IMG/VR virus record: IMGVR_UViG_3300011116_000174
Coordinates: 1-63,357 of that record
Length of the DNA stretch: 63,357 nucleotides
Reading direction: 5' to 3' (one strand)
Source of the DNA: a virus
Lineage: Duplodnaviria; Caudoviricetes
Part shown: piece after piece, positions 18,366-27,071 of the stretch
Position numbering within the stretch: the first letter of the stretch is position 1
How the letters are laid out: the number at the start of each line of letters is the position of its first letter
Made by a program: the position numbers and the translations under genes
The notes under the pieces: generated by a model
Seen by the model: the letters and a program-made list of their open reading frames with translations, nothing else
Told to the model about the DNA's origin: nothing
Databases searched by the model: none

Positions 18366-18693
18366 AAAACAACACAATTTTATGGCTGCGGTGGCTAAAA
18401 ACCCAGCGTTTGCCAAAAAAGTAGGAGTACCTCGCTCTGTCGGTGAGGAATTTTTAACTGCCGATAAGGGCAAAAAATTTAATAAAGGTGGAGCTATGAA
18501 ACACGAAGATATTGCAAAAGACAAACCTATGATGAAAAAAGTCGCTAAGGCCGAAGTCAAGATGCATGAAAAGAAAATGCACAAGATGGCTAGTGGTGGC
18601 AAAGTTGGTCAGCTTTCCAAAGCCGACGGCTGTGCTAAAAAAGGTAAGTCCAAAGGTACCATGGTCAAAATGAACAAAGGCGGATACTGCTAA
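18349..18693 (+). CDS. Small basic protein
   Basis: MPSVSKKQHNFMAAVA; three xxGG motifs. Confidence 0.75.
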   Translation: MPSVSKKQHNFMAAVAKNPAFAKKVGVPRSVGEEFLTADKGKKFNKGGAMKHEDIAKDKPMMKKVAKAEVKMHEKKMHKMASGGKVGQLSKADGCAKKGKSKGTMVKMNKGGYC

Positions 18694-18968
18694 TGAGACC
18701 CTCTCGTGGAATGGGGGATATACTCCCTTCCAAAATGCCCGGTAAAAAAGTTATTAAGCGTAAAGACAAACCGCAAGATGTCGAAGTTTATAAAGAAGGC
18801 GGTAATGTTAATACTGCCGGTAATTATACAAAACCCGGCTTACGCAAACGGATTGTCGCGCAAGTAAAAGCAGCGGCAACTCATGGTACTGGCGCAGGAC
18901 AGTGGTCTGCTAGAAAAGCACAACTTGTAGCAAAAAAATATAAGGCGGCTGGCGGTGGTTATAAATGA
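18693..18968 (+). CDS. Small basic protein
   Basis: NYTKPGLRKRI, GQWSARKAQ, YKAAGGGYK. Confidence 0.75.
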   Translation: MRPSRGMGDILPSKMPGKKVIKRKDKPQDVEVYKEGGNVNTAGNYTKPGLRKRIVAQVKAAATHGTGAGQWSARKAQLVAKKYKAAGGGYK

Positions 18969-19216
18969 CTGGATTAGCAAAATCGCAACGTTCTTTAAAG
19001 GCTTGGGGAGACCAAAAGTGGACGACCAAGTCGGGAAAAAAGTCGTCCGAAACCGGCGAGCGATACTTGCCAAAAAAAGCGATCGAGTCGCTAAGCCCGC
19101 AGGAGTACGCAGCGACGACAAGAGCAAAGCGGGCGGGAAAGCGCCAAGGAAAACAGTTCGTAGCACAGCCACCAAAAATAAGGCAAAAAGTAAAGCCTTA
19201 CCGAAAGGTTAAGTAA
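18965..19216 (+). CDS. Small basic protein
   Basis: QRSLKAW..QKWTTKSGK, GERYLP. Confidence 0.75.
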   Translation: MTGLAKSQRSLKAWGDQKWTTKSGKKSSETGERYLPKKAIESLSPQEYAATTRAKRAGKRQGKQFVAQPPKIRQKVKPYRKVK

Positions 19217-20148
19217 TGTCTACATCGGGTACAACCACATTTAATTTAGACCTCAACAATCTTATAGAAGAAGCTTTTGAGCGTTGTGGTACTGAACTCC
19301 GTACGGGTTACGACATGCGTACCGCACGCAGGTCTTTAAATTTACTTACTATTGAGTGGGCTAACCGCGGTATTAACTTATGGACTATTGAACAGGGCCA
19401 GATACCGATGGTAACTGGGCAGGCTATTTATCCTGTTCCAGCGAATACTATTGACTTGTTAGACCATGTGGTGCGTCAAAACAATGGCGTAACAAGCAAT
19501 CAAATAGACATTAATATTAGCCGTATTTCGGAGTCTACTTATTCTACGATCCCGAATAAATTAACTACTGGACGCCCTATTCAAGTTTGGTTTAACCGCC
19601 AGTCTGGGCAGTCTAATTCGACCGCTGTATATTTGGCACAGTCAATTAACTCAACGGATACATCAATTACAGTTAGCGATGCCAGCAACCTTCCGATTGG
19701 CGGGTTTGTGAAGATTGACAACGAAACAATTAGCTACGCTAATGTTATTGGAAATGTTTTAACCAACTGCTATCGTGGTCAGAATGGGACAACCGCTGCG
19801 AGTCATACGGCTGGTGTGAACACTCTTTTAACAGTACAGAATCTTCCTTCAATTAATGTTTGGCCTACCCCAGATGCCGGCGGCGGTCCATATACATTTG
19901 TGTATTGGAGGCTACGTAGAGTTCAAGATGCAGGATCTAATGGGACAGTAGAGCCAGATATTCCGTTCCGTTTACTACCCTGCATGGTGTCTGGTTTGGC
20001 GTTTTATTTGGCGCAGAAGCTACCAGAAGGCCAAGCCCGGTTACAGTTTTTGAAGCAAGAATACGAGGAGCAGTGGCTCATGGCTTCTACGGAGGACAGA
20101 GAGAAAGCCGCTTCTAGGTTCGTTCCTAGGACGACATTCTATGCCTAA
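19216..20148 (+). CDS. Putative head-tail adaptor
   Basis: IEEAFERCG, ARRSLNLL, EWANRG, PFRLLP. Confidence 0.65.
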   Translation: MSTSGTTTFNLDLNNLIEEAFERCGTELRTGYDMRTARRSLNLLTIEWANRGINLWTIEQGQIPMVTGQAIYPVPANTIDLLDHVVRQNNGVTSNQIDINISRISESTYSTIPNKLTTGRPIQVWFNRQSGQSNSTAVYLAQSINSTDTSITVSDASNLPIGGFVKIDNETISYANVIGNVLTNCYRGQNGTTAASHTAGVNTLLTVQNLPSINVWPTPDAGGGPYTFVYWRLRRVQDAGSNGTVEPDIPFRLLPCMVSGLAFYLAQKLPEGQARLQFLKQEYEEQWLMASTEDREKAASRFVPRTTFYA

Positions 20149-20563
20149 TAAATTTAGTAGTGGTAAGTTTGCGATTGCCGAATGTGATAGATGTGGACAA
20201 CGGTATAAGCTAAAAGAACTTAGAAAATTAGTTGTAAAGCAGCAGATAAAGAATATTAAGGTTTGCCCCAGCTGCTGGGACCCCGATCAGCCACAGTTAT
20301 CGCTAGGTTTATATCCTGTCGACGACCCACAAGCTGTACGGGAGCCTAGACCTGATGTAAGCTATAAGGTGTCTGGAACAAGTGGTTTACAAATTAACGG
20401 GACTAATGACAACACAGAACAAGGTGTTGGCTACCCGGAAGGCGGTAGTAGGGTATTTCAGTGGGGGTGGAACCCGGTTGGTGGGGCTAGAGATGATGGG
20501 CTAACACCAAACGATCTTGCCCCTAGCTGCTTGGTGGGTAGTGTAACGGTATCAATAACGTAA
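20141..20563 (+). CDS. Zn-binding virion-module protein
   Basis: CDRCG and CPSC motifs. Confidence 0.7.
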   Translation: MPNKFSSGKFAIAECDRCGQRYKLKELRKLVVKQQIKNIKVCPSCWDPDQPQLSLGLYPVDDPQAVREPRPDVSYKVSGTSGLQINGTNDNTEQGVGYPEGGSRVFQWGWNPVGGARDDGLTPNDLAPSCLVGSVTVSIT

Positions 20564-20573
20564 GGAGTTTCAA

Positions 20574-20774
20574 ATGTATAAACGGGATGCAGACGGTGTA
20601 GCCAAAAAGGGCAAAACCGAAGGTAAAAATTTAGGTAATAGCGGCCCAACAGCCCCTATTGAGAAAGCTAAGACCGCTAAACACGGTGTTAGCTCTGCGG
20701 CTATGAAGCAAATGGGTCGCAATCTTGCTCGTGTAGCTAACCAAGGTATGAAGAAAGCCGGAAGGGGTCGTTAA
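20574..20774 (+). CDS. Small basic protein
   Basis: AAGGAG RBS; ADGVAKKGKTEG. Confidence 0.7.
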   Translation: MYKRDADGVAKKGKTEGKNLGNSGPTAPIEKAKTAKHGVSSAAMKQMGRNLARVANQGMKKAGRGR

Positions 20775-20776
20775 TC

Positions 20777-21034
20777 ATGGCTAAATTTAGCGCAAAAATG
20801 ATGGGTAAAGAAGTTGGCGATGCTGGCGTTTACGCCAAACCACATACTATGGCTGGTAAAGAAATTACTACCGCCGAAGACGCTGTGGTTAAAAAAGGCA
20901 ACCAATCCAATGAGTTGCGTCCATCTATTGGTAATGTTTTTATTAGCCAACCAGAGACCAAGACGTCTGGTATTAAGCAACGCGGTCATGGCGCAGCTAC
21001 CAAAGGCTATACCTCTAGAGGCCCAATGGCATGA
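20777..21034 (+). CDS. Small protein
   Basis: RGHGAATKG C-terminus. Confidence 0.7.
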   Translation: MAKFSAKMMGKEVGDAGVYAKPHTMAGKEITTAEDAVVKKGNQSNELRPSIGNVFISQPETKTSGIKQRGHGAATKGYTSRGPMA

Positions 21035-21690
21035 ATTACACGCAGTTAACGGCTGCAATCAAAGGGTTTGCTGAGAACGACTTCCCAGCAACAGTAGGTT
21101 CGTTTACGTCCGCTGACCAGATTGCTAGGTTTGTCCAGCTTGCTGAGCAACGTATATACAATACGGTGCAAATGCCTGCTTTCCGTAAGAACGTTACGGG
21201 AAACATGACTACTGGAAACAAATATCTAGCTACTCCCACCGACTGGTTAGCAACGTTTAGCCTTGCGGTAATTAATGCGGCAAACGAGTATCACTACCTT
21301 TTGAACAAAGACGTTAACTTTATCCGTGAATCCTATCCCGACACGGACGCGGCATTTTATGCAGAGCCTCAGTATTACGCTATTTTTGACAACAACACCT
21401 TTATTTTAGGTCCTACCCCAGACGCTAACTATGCGGTAGAATTACATTATTTTTACTACCCACAGTCTATTGTTACTGCCGGTACGTCTTGGCTTGGAGA
21501 TAATTTCGACTCAGTTCTTTTGTATGGCGCACTCTTGGAAGCTGCCGCATTCATGAAGTCTGACGCAGATTCTGTCGCTTTATATAAAGCTCGCTATGAT
21601 GACGCTATGGCAGAGCTTAAGCAGTTGGGTGATGCGAAGGATCGTCAAGATTCTTATCGTAGTGGTCAAGTGAGGTACCCAGTTAAATGA
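21031..21690 (+). CDS. Putative head completion/adaptor protein
   Basis: AEQRI, GPTPD, LLYGALLEA. Confidence 0.7.
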   Translation: MNYTQLTAAIKGFAENDFPATVGSFTSADQIARFVQLAEQRIYNTVQMPAFRKNVTGNMTTGNKYLATPTDWLATFSLAVINAANEYHYLLNKDVNFIRESYPDTDAAFYAEPQYYAIFDNNTFILGPTPDANYAVELHYFYYPQSIVTAGTSWLGDNFDSVLLYGALLEAAAFMKSDADSVALYKARYDDAMAELKQLGDAKDRQDSYRSGQVRYPVK

Positions 21691-21974
21691 TTAGCGTACA
21701 AGGATTAGGCGAGTCTAGCGGCATCCAAGTCTTTACTAAAGACCATGGCGGCTTTACTCCAGAGGAGTTAGCTGAGCGGGCATTAGACAAAATTATTCAG
21801 GTAGGGGATCAGTCTCACCCTTTGGTTCGGGAGCAAGCAATTGCTTTTAGAAATCATATTCGGGAAGTACTAGTCTTTTATATGAATGAAGCGGTAAAAT
21901 TTGATCGTGTAACACTAGCTTATAAGCTAAGAGAAGCTGGTCATCCTGAATTAATTAAACTTTTAAACGAATAG
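21687..21974 (+). CDS. Hypothetical protein
   Basis: Coupled ORF. Confidence 0.7.
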   Translation: MISVQGLGESSGIQVFTKDHGGFTPEELAERALDKIIQVGDQSHPLVREQAIAFRNHIREVLVFYMNEAVKFDRVTLAYKLREAGHPELIKLLNE

Positions 21975-21984
21975 GAGAACTATC

Positions 21985-22422
21985 GTGGCTTTTACTGGAA
22001 ATTTCATGTGCACCAGCTTCAAAGTAGAGCTGATGCAGGGCGTTCACAACTTTACAGCTAGTACTGGTAATACCTTTAAATTGGCTATGTATGACAATAA
22101 CGCATCGTTTACCGCTGCGACCACTGCTTATACAAGCTCTAACGAGGTGGCTAACTCTGGTACATATTCCGCTGGTGGTGGTACGTTGACTAACATTACC
22201 CCAACTTCTTCGGGTACAACTGCATTTACCGACTTTGCTGACTTATCGTTTACGTCTGCGACCATTACTGCATATGGCGCTATGATTTATAACGACACCG
22301 CAGCTGGTAATCCATCGGTATGTATTTTAGATTTTGGTGGTGCTAAGACCTCTACTAACGGTACGTTTACGATTGTTTTCCCAACAGCAGACGCAAGCAA
22401 CGCAATTATTCGTATTGCTTAG
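21985..22422 (+). CDS. Putative virion/tail protein
   Basis: GTG start after AGGAG; SFKVEL..G.HNF, GTYSAGG. Confidence 0.7.
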   Translation: MAFTGNFMCTSFKVELMQGVHNFTASTGNTFKLAMYDNNASFTAATTAYTSSNEVANSGTYSAGGGTLTNITPTSSGTTAFTDFADLSFTSATITAYGAMIYNDTAAGNPSVCILDFGGAKTSTNGTFTIVFPTADASNAIIRIA

Positions 22423-22432
22423 GAATGGCTAG

Positions 22433-23464
22433 GTGGCAACCTATTCTGGCTGGGGCAGAGGTGCTTGGAGTGCTGGACCATGGGGCGAGGACTACACTGA
22501 TGTAGAAGTCCCTCTTGGCGGCTGGGGTTATGGTGGCTGGGGGCAAAATCCCTGGGGTGAAAATAGTGGTGGTGTAGTAGCAAATGGGCAAGTAGGCTCA
22601 GTAACTGTACAAACCACCGTAGATGTAGTAGTAAACGTAACAGGCGTTGCTGGCACTGGACAAGTTGGAAGCGTAACCGTAACGGGTGCGTCAGTAGTAG
22701 AAGATGTAACTGGAGTAAGCGGTACAGGGCAGGTAGGATCAGTAAATGCTCAAGCTGGTGCGGATGTCCCAGTTTCTGGTCTACAGGCTTCTGGAAGCGT
22801 AGGTTCAGTCACTATAACGGCTGGGGCAAATATAAATGTCACGGGCGTAGCAGGAACGGTATTTGTAGGAACAGTAACAGTATCAAGTACGGTAGACGTA
22901 GATGTTACTGGATTGGCGGCAACGGGCAGTGTTGGTAGTGTAACAGTCGCTGGCGCTGCGGTAGTAAACGTAACAGGCGTTGTAGGGACCGTAGTACAAG
23001 GCTCCGTAACTGTAGAAGCAGCAGCAAATGCTCCAGTCACAGGGCTTCAGGCTACAGGTAGCGTTGGCAGCGTAACCGTACAAGAAGGTACGGATGTTGG
23101 CGTAACTGGAGTTTCTGGAACGGTAGATGTCGGTAGCGTAGCAGTTACGGGCGGTAGTTCTGTAGATTTAACGGGCGTAGAGGCAACGGCAACTACGGCT
23201 CAGGTAAACGTAATTACTGGGCAGAATATTGATGTCACAGGATTACAGGCAATAGGCAGTGTTGGAAGTATTGCGGTAGTCATTGGAGCAGTAGTAAGCG
23301 TAACAGGCGTACAGGCAGTTGGAGAGGTAGGAAGTGTATTAATTTGGCAGGTAATTGATGACGGACAAACACCAAATTGGGTAACTATAAATGACTCGCA
23401 ATCAGGCACTTGGAATGATATTATTGACACACAATCACCCAACTGGGTGGAGATAGCGGCATAA
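22433..23464 (+). CDS. Repetitive V/T/G-rich virion fibre-like protein
   Basis: ~26-aa repeats (VTGV.ATGSVGSVTV); W/G-rich N-terminus. Confidence 0.7.
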   Translation: MATYSGWGRGAWSAGPWGEDYTDVEVPLGGWGYGGWGQNPWGENSGGVVANGQVGSVTVQTTVDVVVNVTGVAGTGQVGSVTVTGASVVEDVTGVSGTGQVGSVNAQAGADVPVSGLQASGSVGSVTITAGANINVTGVAGTVFVGTVTVSSTVDVDVTGLAATGSVGSVTVAGAAVVNVTGVVGTVVQGSVTVEAAANAPVTGLQATGSVGSVTVQEGTDVGVTGVSGTVDVGSVAVTGGSSVDLTGVEATATTAQVNVITGQNIDVTGLQAIGSVGSIAVVIGAVVSVTGVQAVGEVGSVLIWQVIDDGQTPNWVTINDSQSGTWNDIIDTQSPNWVEIAA

Positions 23465-23474
23465 AGGATAGACT

Positions 23475-24185
23475 ATGGCATCGACTTATTCAGCACTAAA
23501 AATCGAGCTTATCGGTACAGGCGACCAGTCTGGGACTTGGGGTACAACCACTAATACAAACTTAGGAACTGCGTTAGAAGAAGCCATTACTGGCTCTGCC
23601 GATGTAACCTTTGCCAGTGGAACAGTTACTTTAACCCTCACAGACACCAACGCCAGCCAAACAGCCCGTAATCTACGGCTTAACTTAACAGGCACTTCTG
23701 GCGGTGCGCAGAACCTTATCGTCCCAGCTATCGAGAAACTGTATCTCGTAAACAATGGATGTGCGGATACCATCACTATTAAAAACTCCACAGGCTCTGG
23801 CGTTGCCGTTCCTGCTGGTAAGTCCATGTTTGTATTCAACAATGGTACAGACGTATTAAACGCAATTAGCTATGTAACTGCTCTGGCAACCGCAACTGCT
23901 ACGATTACTGGCGGTACAATCTCTGGGATTACTCAGTTAGACGTAGCTGGTACATCAGCCGCTGGAGCTAATCTTAAGCTCTATGAAGACACAGATAACG
24001 GTACAAACTATGTATCGTTAAAAGCAGCAGACAATATTGCATCAAATATTACCTTTACCTTACCAAGCGCAGATGGTTCTAGTGGTCAGGCTTTAGTTAC
24101 AAACGGTTCAGGGACTTTGAGCTTTGGTTCAGCAGGTATTTCAACAGGTAAGGCAATCGCTATGGCGATGATTTTCGGATATTAA
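23475..24185 (+). CDS. Putative tail fibre base protein
   Basis: GTWGTTTNTN N-terminus; TLPSADG..GQAL.TNGSG.LSF; TGKAIAMAMIFG end. Confidence 0.7.
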   Translation: MASTYSALKIELIGTGDQSGTWGTTTNTNLGTALEEAITGSADVTFASGTVTLTLTDTNASQTARNLRLNLTGTSGGAQNLIVPAIEKLYLVNNGCADTITIKNSTGSGVAVPAGKSMFVFNNGTDVLNAISYVTALATATATITGGTISGITQLDVAGTSAAGANLKLYEDTDNGTNYVSLKAADNIASNITFTLPSADGSSGQALVTNGSGTLSFGSAGISTGKAIAMAMIFGY

Positions 24186-24197
24186 TGGAGCGATCAA

Positions 24198-24575
24198 ATG
24201 GCAAATCCTAATATAGTCAACGTAACATCAATCTACGGTAACACTACGTATGTTGCTTTAAGCACTACAAGTGCGACTACCCTTCTATCCAATGCTGCTT
24301 CTAGTGGCTTGGTTTATAAGGTAGATAACATTGTGGTATCTAACGTCAACGGCTCAACTGCCGCTAACGTCACGGTATCGGTTAACTCAGCCGCTGCGGG
24401 TGGCGGTACAGCCTATCGACTGGCGTACCAAATCTCCGTTCCTGCTGGTGCATCATTGATCGTAACCGACAAATCAACCGCATTTTATTTAATGGAGAAT
24501 CAGTCCGTAGTGATTACAGCGGGAACAGCTAACTATTTAGAAGCCGTTCTTTCCTACGAAAACATTAGCAGCTAA
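24198..24575 (+). CDS. Putative tail/fibre-associated protein
   Basis: MANPNIVNV; beta-rich. Confidence 0.65.
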   Translation: MANPNIVNVTSIYGNTTYVALSTTSATTLLSNAASSGLVYKVDNIVVSNVNGSTAANVTVSVNSAAAGGGTAYRLAYQISVPAGASLIVTDKSTAFYLMENQSVVITAGTANYLEAVLSYENISS

Positions 24576-24584
24576 GAGGCTTAG

Positions 24585-27071
24585 ATGTCTGATCGCTACA
24601 AAGGCGCAATACTTTCGCCAACTGCTCCTACTGTCACACCCCAGTCGGCTGGCGGTATTTACACGTCTAGCCAACAGCTACAGTATCAGGGACAGGGAGT
24701 TTGGCCCACCGCTTTTAATAATCCTATAAACAATTCGTTACGCTTTCGGGCTAGTGCCAGTGCTTTTTTAAACAGGACTCCTGCTAGTGCTGGTAATCGT
24801 AGAACTTGGACTTATTCTGTATGGGTTAAAAGAGGAGCCTTAGGCGGGAACATAACATTGCTTGATGCGGGCAGACCTAATAACCCTTGGACAGCTTTTT
24901 ATTTTTCAGATGGTGACGGGGTTGCTGGGCTTAATACTTTAGCTTTTGCTACCACCGCTGGTACTCAGCCTGGAACACATACCAATGCTACATTTAGAGA
25001 TGTTTCTGCCTGGTATCATTTTGTTCTTGCTGTAGATACCACTCAAGCCACAGCAGCAGATAGAGTAAAAATTTGGGTAAATAATGTTGCTCAAACTTTC
25101 TCATATACAAACTATCCATCACAAAATTACGATACTTACGTAAACAGCACAACTTCCCATAGTATCGGTGCTTTATCCAATGGTGGCGCATCAAACCATT
25201 TTGATGGCTACATGACCGAAATAAACCTTATTGACGGGGCAGCCCTAACCCCCTCTTCGTTCGGCACAACCGATGCCTATGGTATCTGGCAACCTATCCC
25301 ATACACAGGTGCGTATGGTACGAATGGATTTTATTTACCATTTACAGACAACTCCGCCCTCACGACTAGCTCAAATGTTGGCTTAGGTAAAGACTTCTCT
25401 GGTAATGGAAACTACTGGACAACCAATGGTATAAGCATTACCGCTGGCTCCACATACGACAGTATGAAGGATGTGCCGACCAACACGAACTCGAATACGG
25501 CTAATTATTGTGTGATGAATCCATTAAATCTTCCTAAAGGTGGAACACTATCAAATGGAAATCTTTTATGGACAGCCCCATCTGCTGAAGGTCAAGCTGT
25601 TGGAACAATGTATGCTTCTAGCGGTAAGTTTTATTGGGAGATGGTATTAAATACTGCTGGTGCTGGATGTGCTTTTGGTATTGCAAGCATTACTACAGAT
25701 ATTAACAATATTAATTTAACTGCTGGTTCTTATGTTTATTACACAAATGGTAATAAATACAATGGTGGTTCTGGCTCTGCTTATGGTGCAACATTTACTA
25801 ATGGTGATATTATTGGTGTTGCATTAGACCTTGATGCTGGAACACTTGTTTTTTATAAAAACAATACAAGTCAAGGGACTGCATTTACTGGTTTGTCAGG
25901 AACTTTTACTGCCTTAATTTATGACGGAACAAGTGCAAGCACACCTACATATACAGCAAACTTCGGTCAACGCCCATTTAGCTACACACCCCCAACAGGT
26001 TTTTATCCGTTAAACACATATAACCTCCCAACGCCTACGATATTGGAAGGCGGGGAGTATATGAATGTTGTTACTTGGACTGGGACTGGAACAAGCTCAG
26101 GTCGCTCCATTACTGGTGTTGGGTTTCAGCCTGATTTTGTTTGGGGTAAGCCAAGAAGTCTTGCCTATACCCATAGCTTATCTGATGCAGTAAGAGGGGC
26201 TAATAAAAGATTAAATAGTGGGTCAACATCCGCAGAAGATACTAACTTCCAATACGGCTACACCTCCTCTTTTGATACCGATGGGTTTACTACAACTTCT
26301 GGTTCATCAAGTAATGAAAACTGGAACACTACTAACGAAACATTCGTAGCATGGAACTGGAAAGCGTCTAACGCTGCTGGAGTATCCAACACCCAAGGCA
26401 CAATAACCTCAACCGTCTCCGCAAACACAACCGCTGGATTTAGTATTGTTACTTATACAGGTAATGGTTCAAATTCAACTATCGGTCATGGTCTTGGTGT
26501 TGCTCCGTCATTCATTATTGCTAAAGCAAGAAACTCAGCACAAAGGTGGACTGTTTACACAGGCGCATTAGGTAATGCTTACTATGGTTATTTAAATGAA
26601 ACCTTTGCTTTTGACACAGCTAATGGAAGTTTAAGATGGAATACTGCACCTACAAGCTCTGTATTTGGTGTCGGAACTTCTGTTGATGTAAATAACAATA
26701 CAACCACTTATGTAGCCTACTGCTTTGCCCAAGTCGCTGGTTACTCTGCCTTTGGGTCTTACACGGGTAACGGGTCAAGCGATGGTGTGTTTGTGTACCT
26801 TGGATTTAGGGCAAGATACTTGATGATTAAATGCTCTAGTAGCACAGGTGGTTGGGTATTGCTAGATACTGCTAGAGACCCATATAACGATGTAGATAAT
26901 TATTTATATGCAAATTCATCTGCGGCTGATGCTGGTTCTTCAAACGTTTTGGACATTAATGCTAACGGCTTTAAAATAAGAAATTCGTGGACCGACATTA
27001 ATGGAAGCGGGACAACATACATCTACGCAGCTTTCGCAGAAAACCCCTTCAAGATTGCTAGGGCAAGATAA
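24585..27071 (+). CDS. Receptor-binding fibre 1 (LamG/ConA + SPRY-like domains)
   Basis: WTYSVWVKRG, WYHFVLAVDTT, GKFYWE, IGVALDLD, GFQPDFVW. Confidence 0.8.
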   Translation: MSDRYKGAILSPTAPTVTPQSAGGIYTSSQQLQYQGQGVWPTAFNNPINNSLRFRASASAFLNRTPASAGNRRTWTYSVWVKRGALGGNITLLDAGRPNNPWTAFYFSDGDGVAGLNTLAFATTAGTQPGTHTNATFRDVSAWYHFVLAVDTTQATAADRVKIWVNNVAQTFSYTNYPSQNYDTYVNSTTSHSIGALSNGGASNHFDGYMTEINLIDGAALTPSSFGTTDAYGIWQPIPYTGAYGTNGFYLPFTDNSALTTSSNVGLGKDFSGNGNYWTTNGISITAGSTYDSMKDVPTNTNSNTANYCVMNPLNLPKGGTLSNGNLLWTAPSAEGQAVGTMYASSGKFYWEMVLNTAGAGCAFGIASITTDINNINLTAGSYVYYTNGNKYNGGSGSAYGATFTNGDIIGVALDLDAGTLVFYKNNTSQGTAFTGLSGTFTALIYDGTSASTPTYTANFGQRPFSYTPPTGFYPLNTYNLPTPTILEGGEYMNVVTWTGTGTSSGRSITGVGFQPDFVWGKPRSLAYTHSLSDAVRGANKRLNSGSTSAEDTNFQYGYTSSFDTDGFTTTSGSSSNENWNTTNETFVAWNWKASNAAGVSNTQGTITSTVSANTTAGFSIVTYTGNGSNSTIGHGLGVAPSFIIAKARNSAQRWTVYTGALGNAYYGYLNETFAFDTANGSLRWNTAPTSSVFGVGTSVDVNNNTTTYVAYCFAQVAGYSAFGSYTGNGSSDGVFVYLGFRARYLMIKCSSSTGGWVLLDTARDPYNDVDNYLYANSSAADAGSSNVLDINANGFKIRNSWTDINGSGTTYIYAAFAENPFKIARAR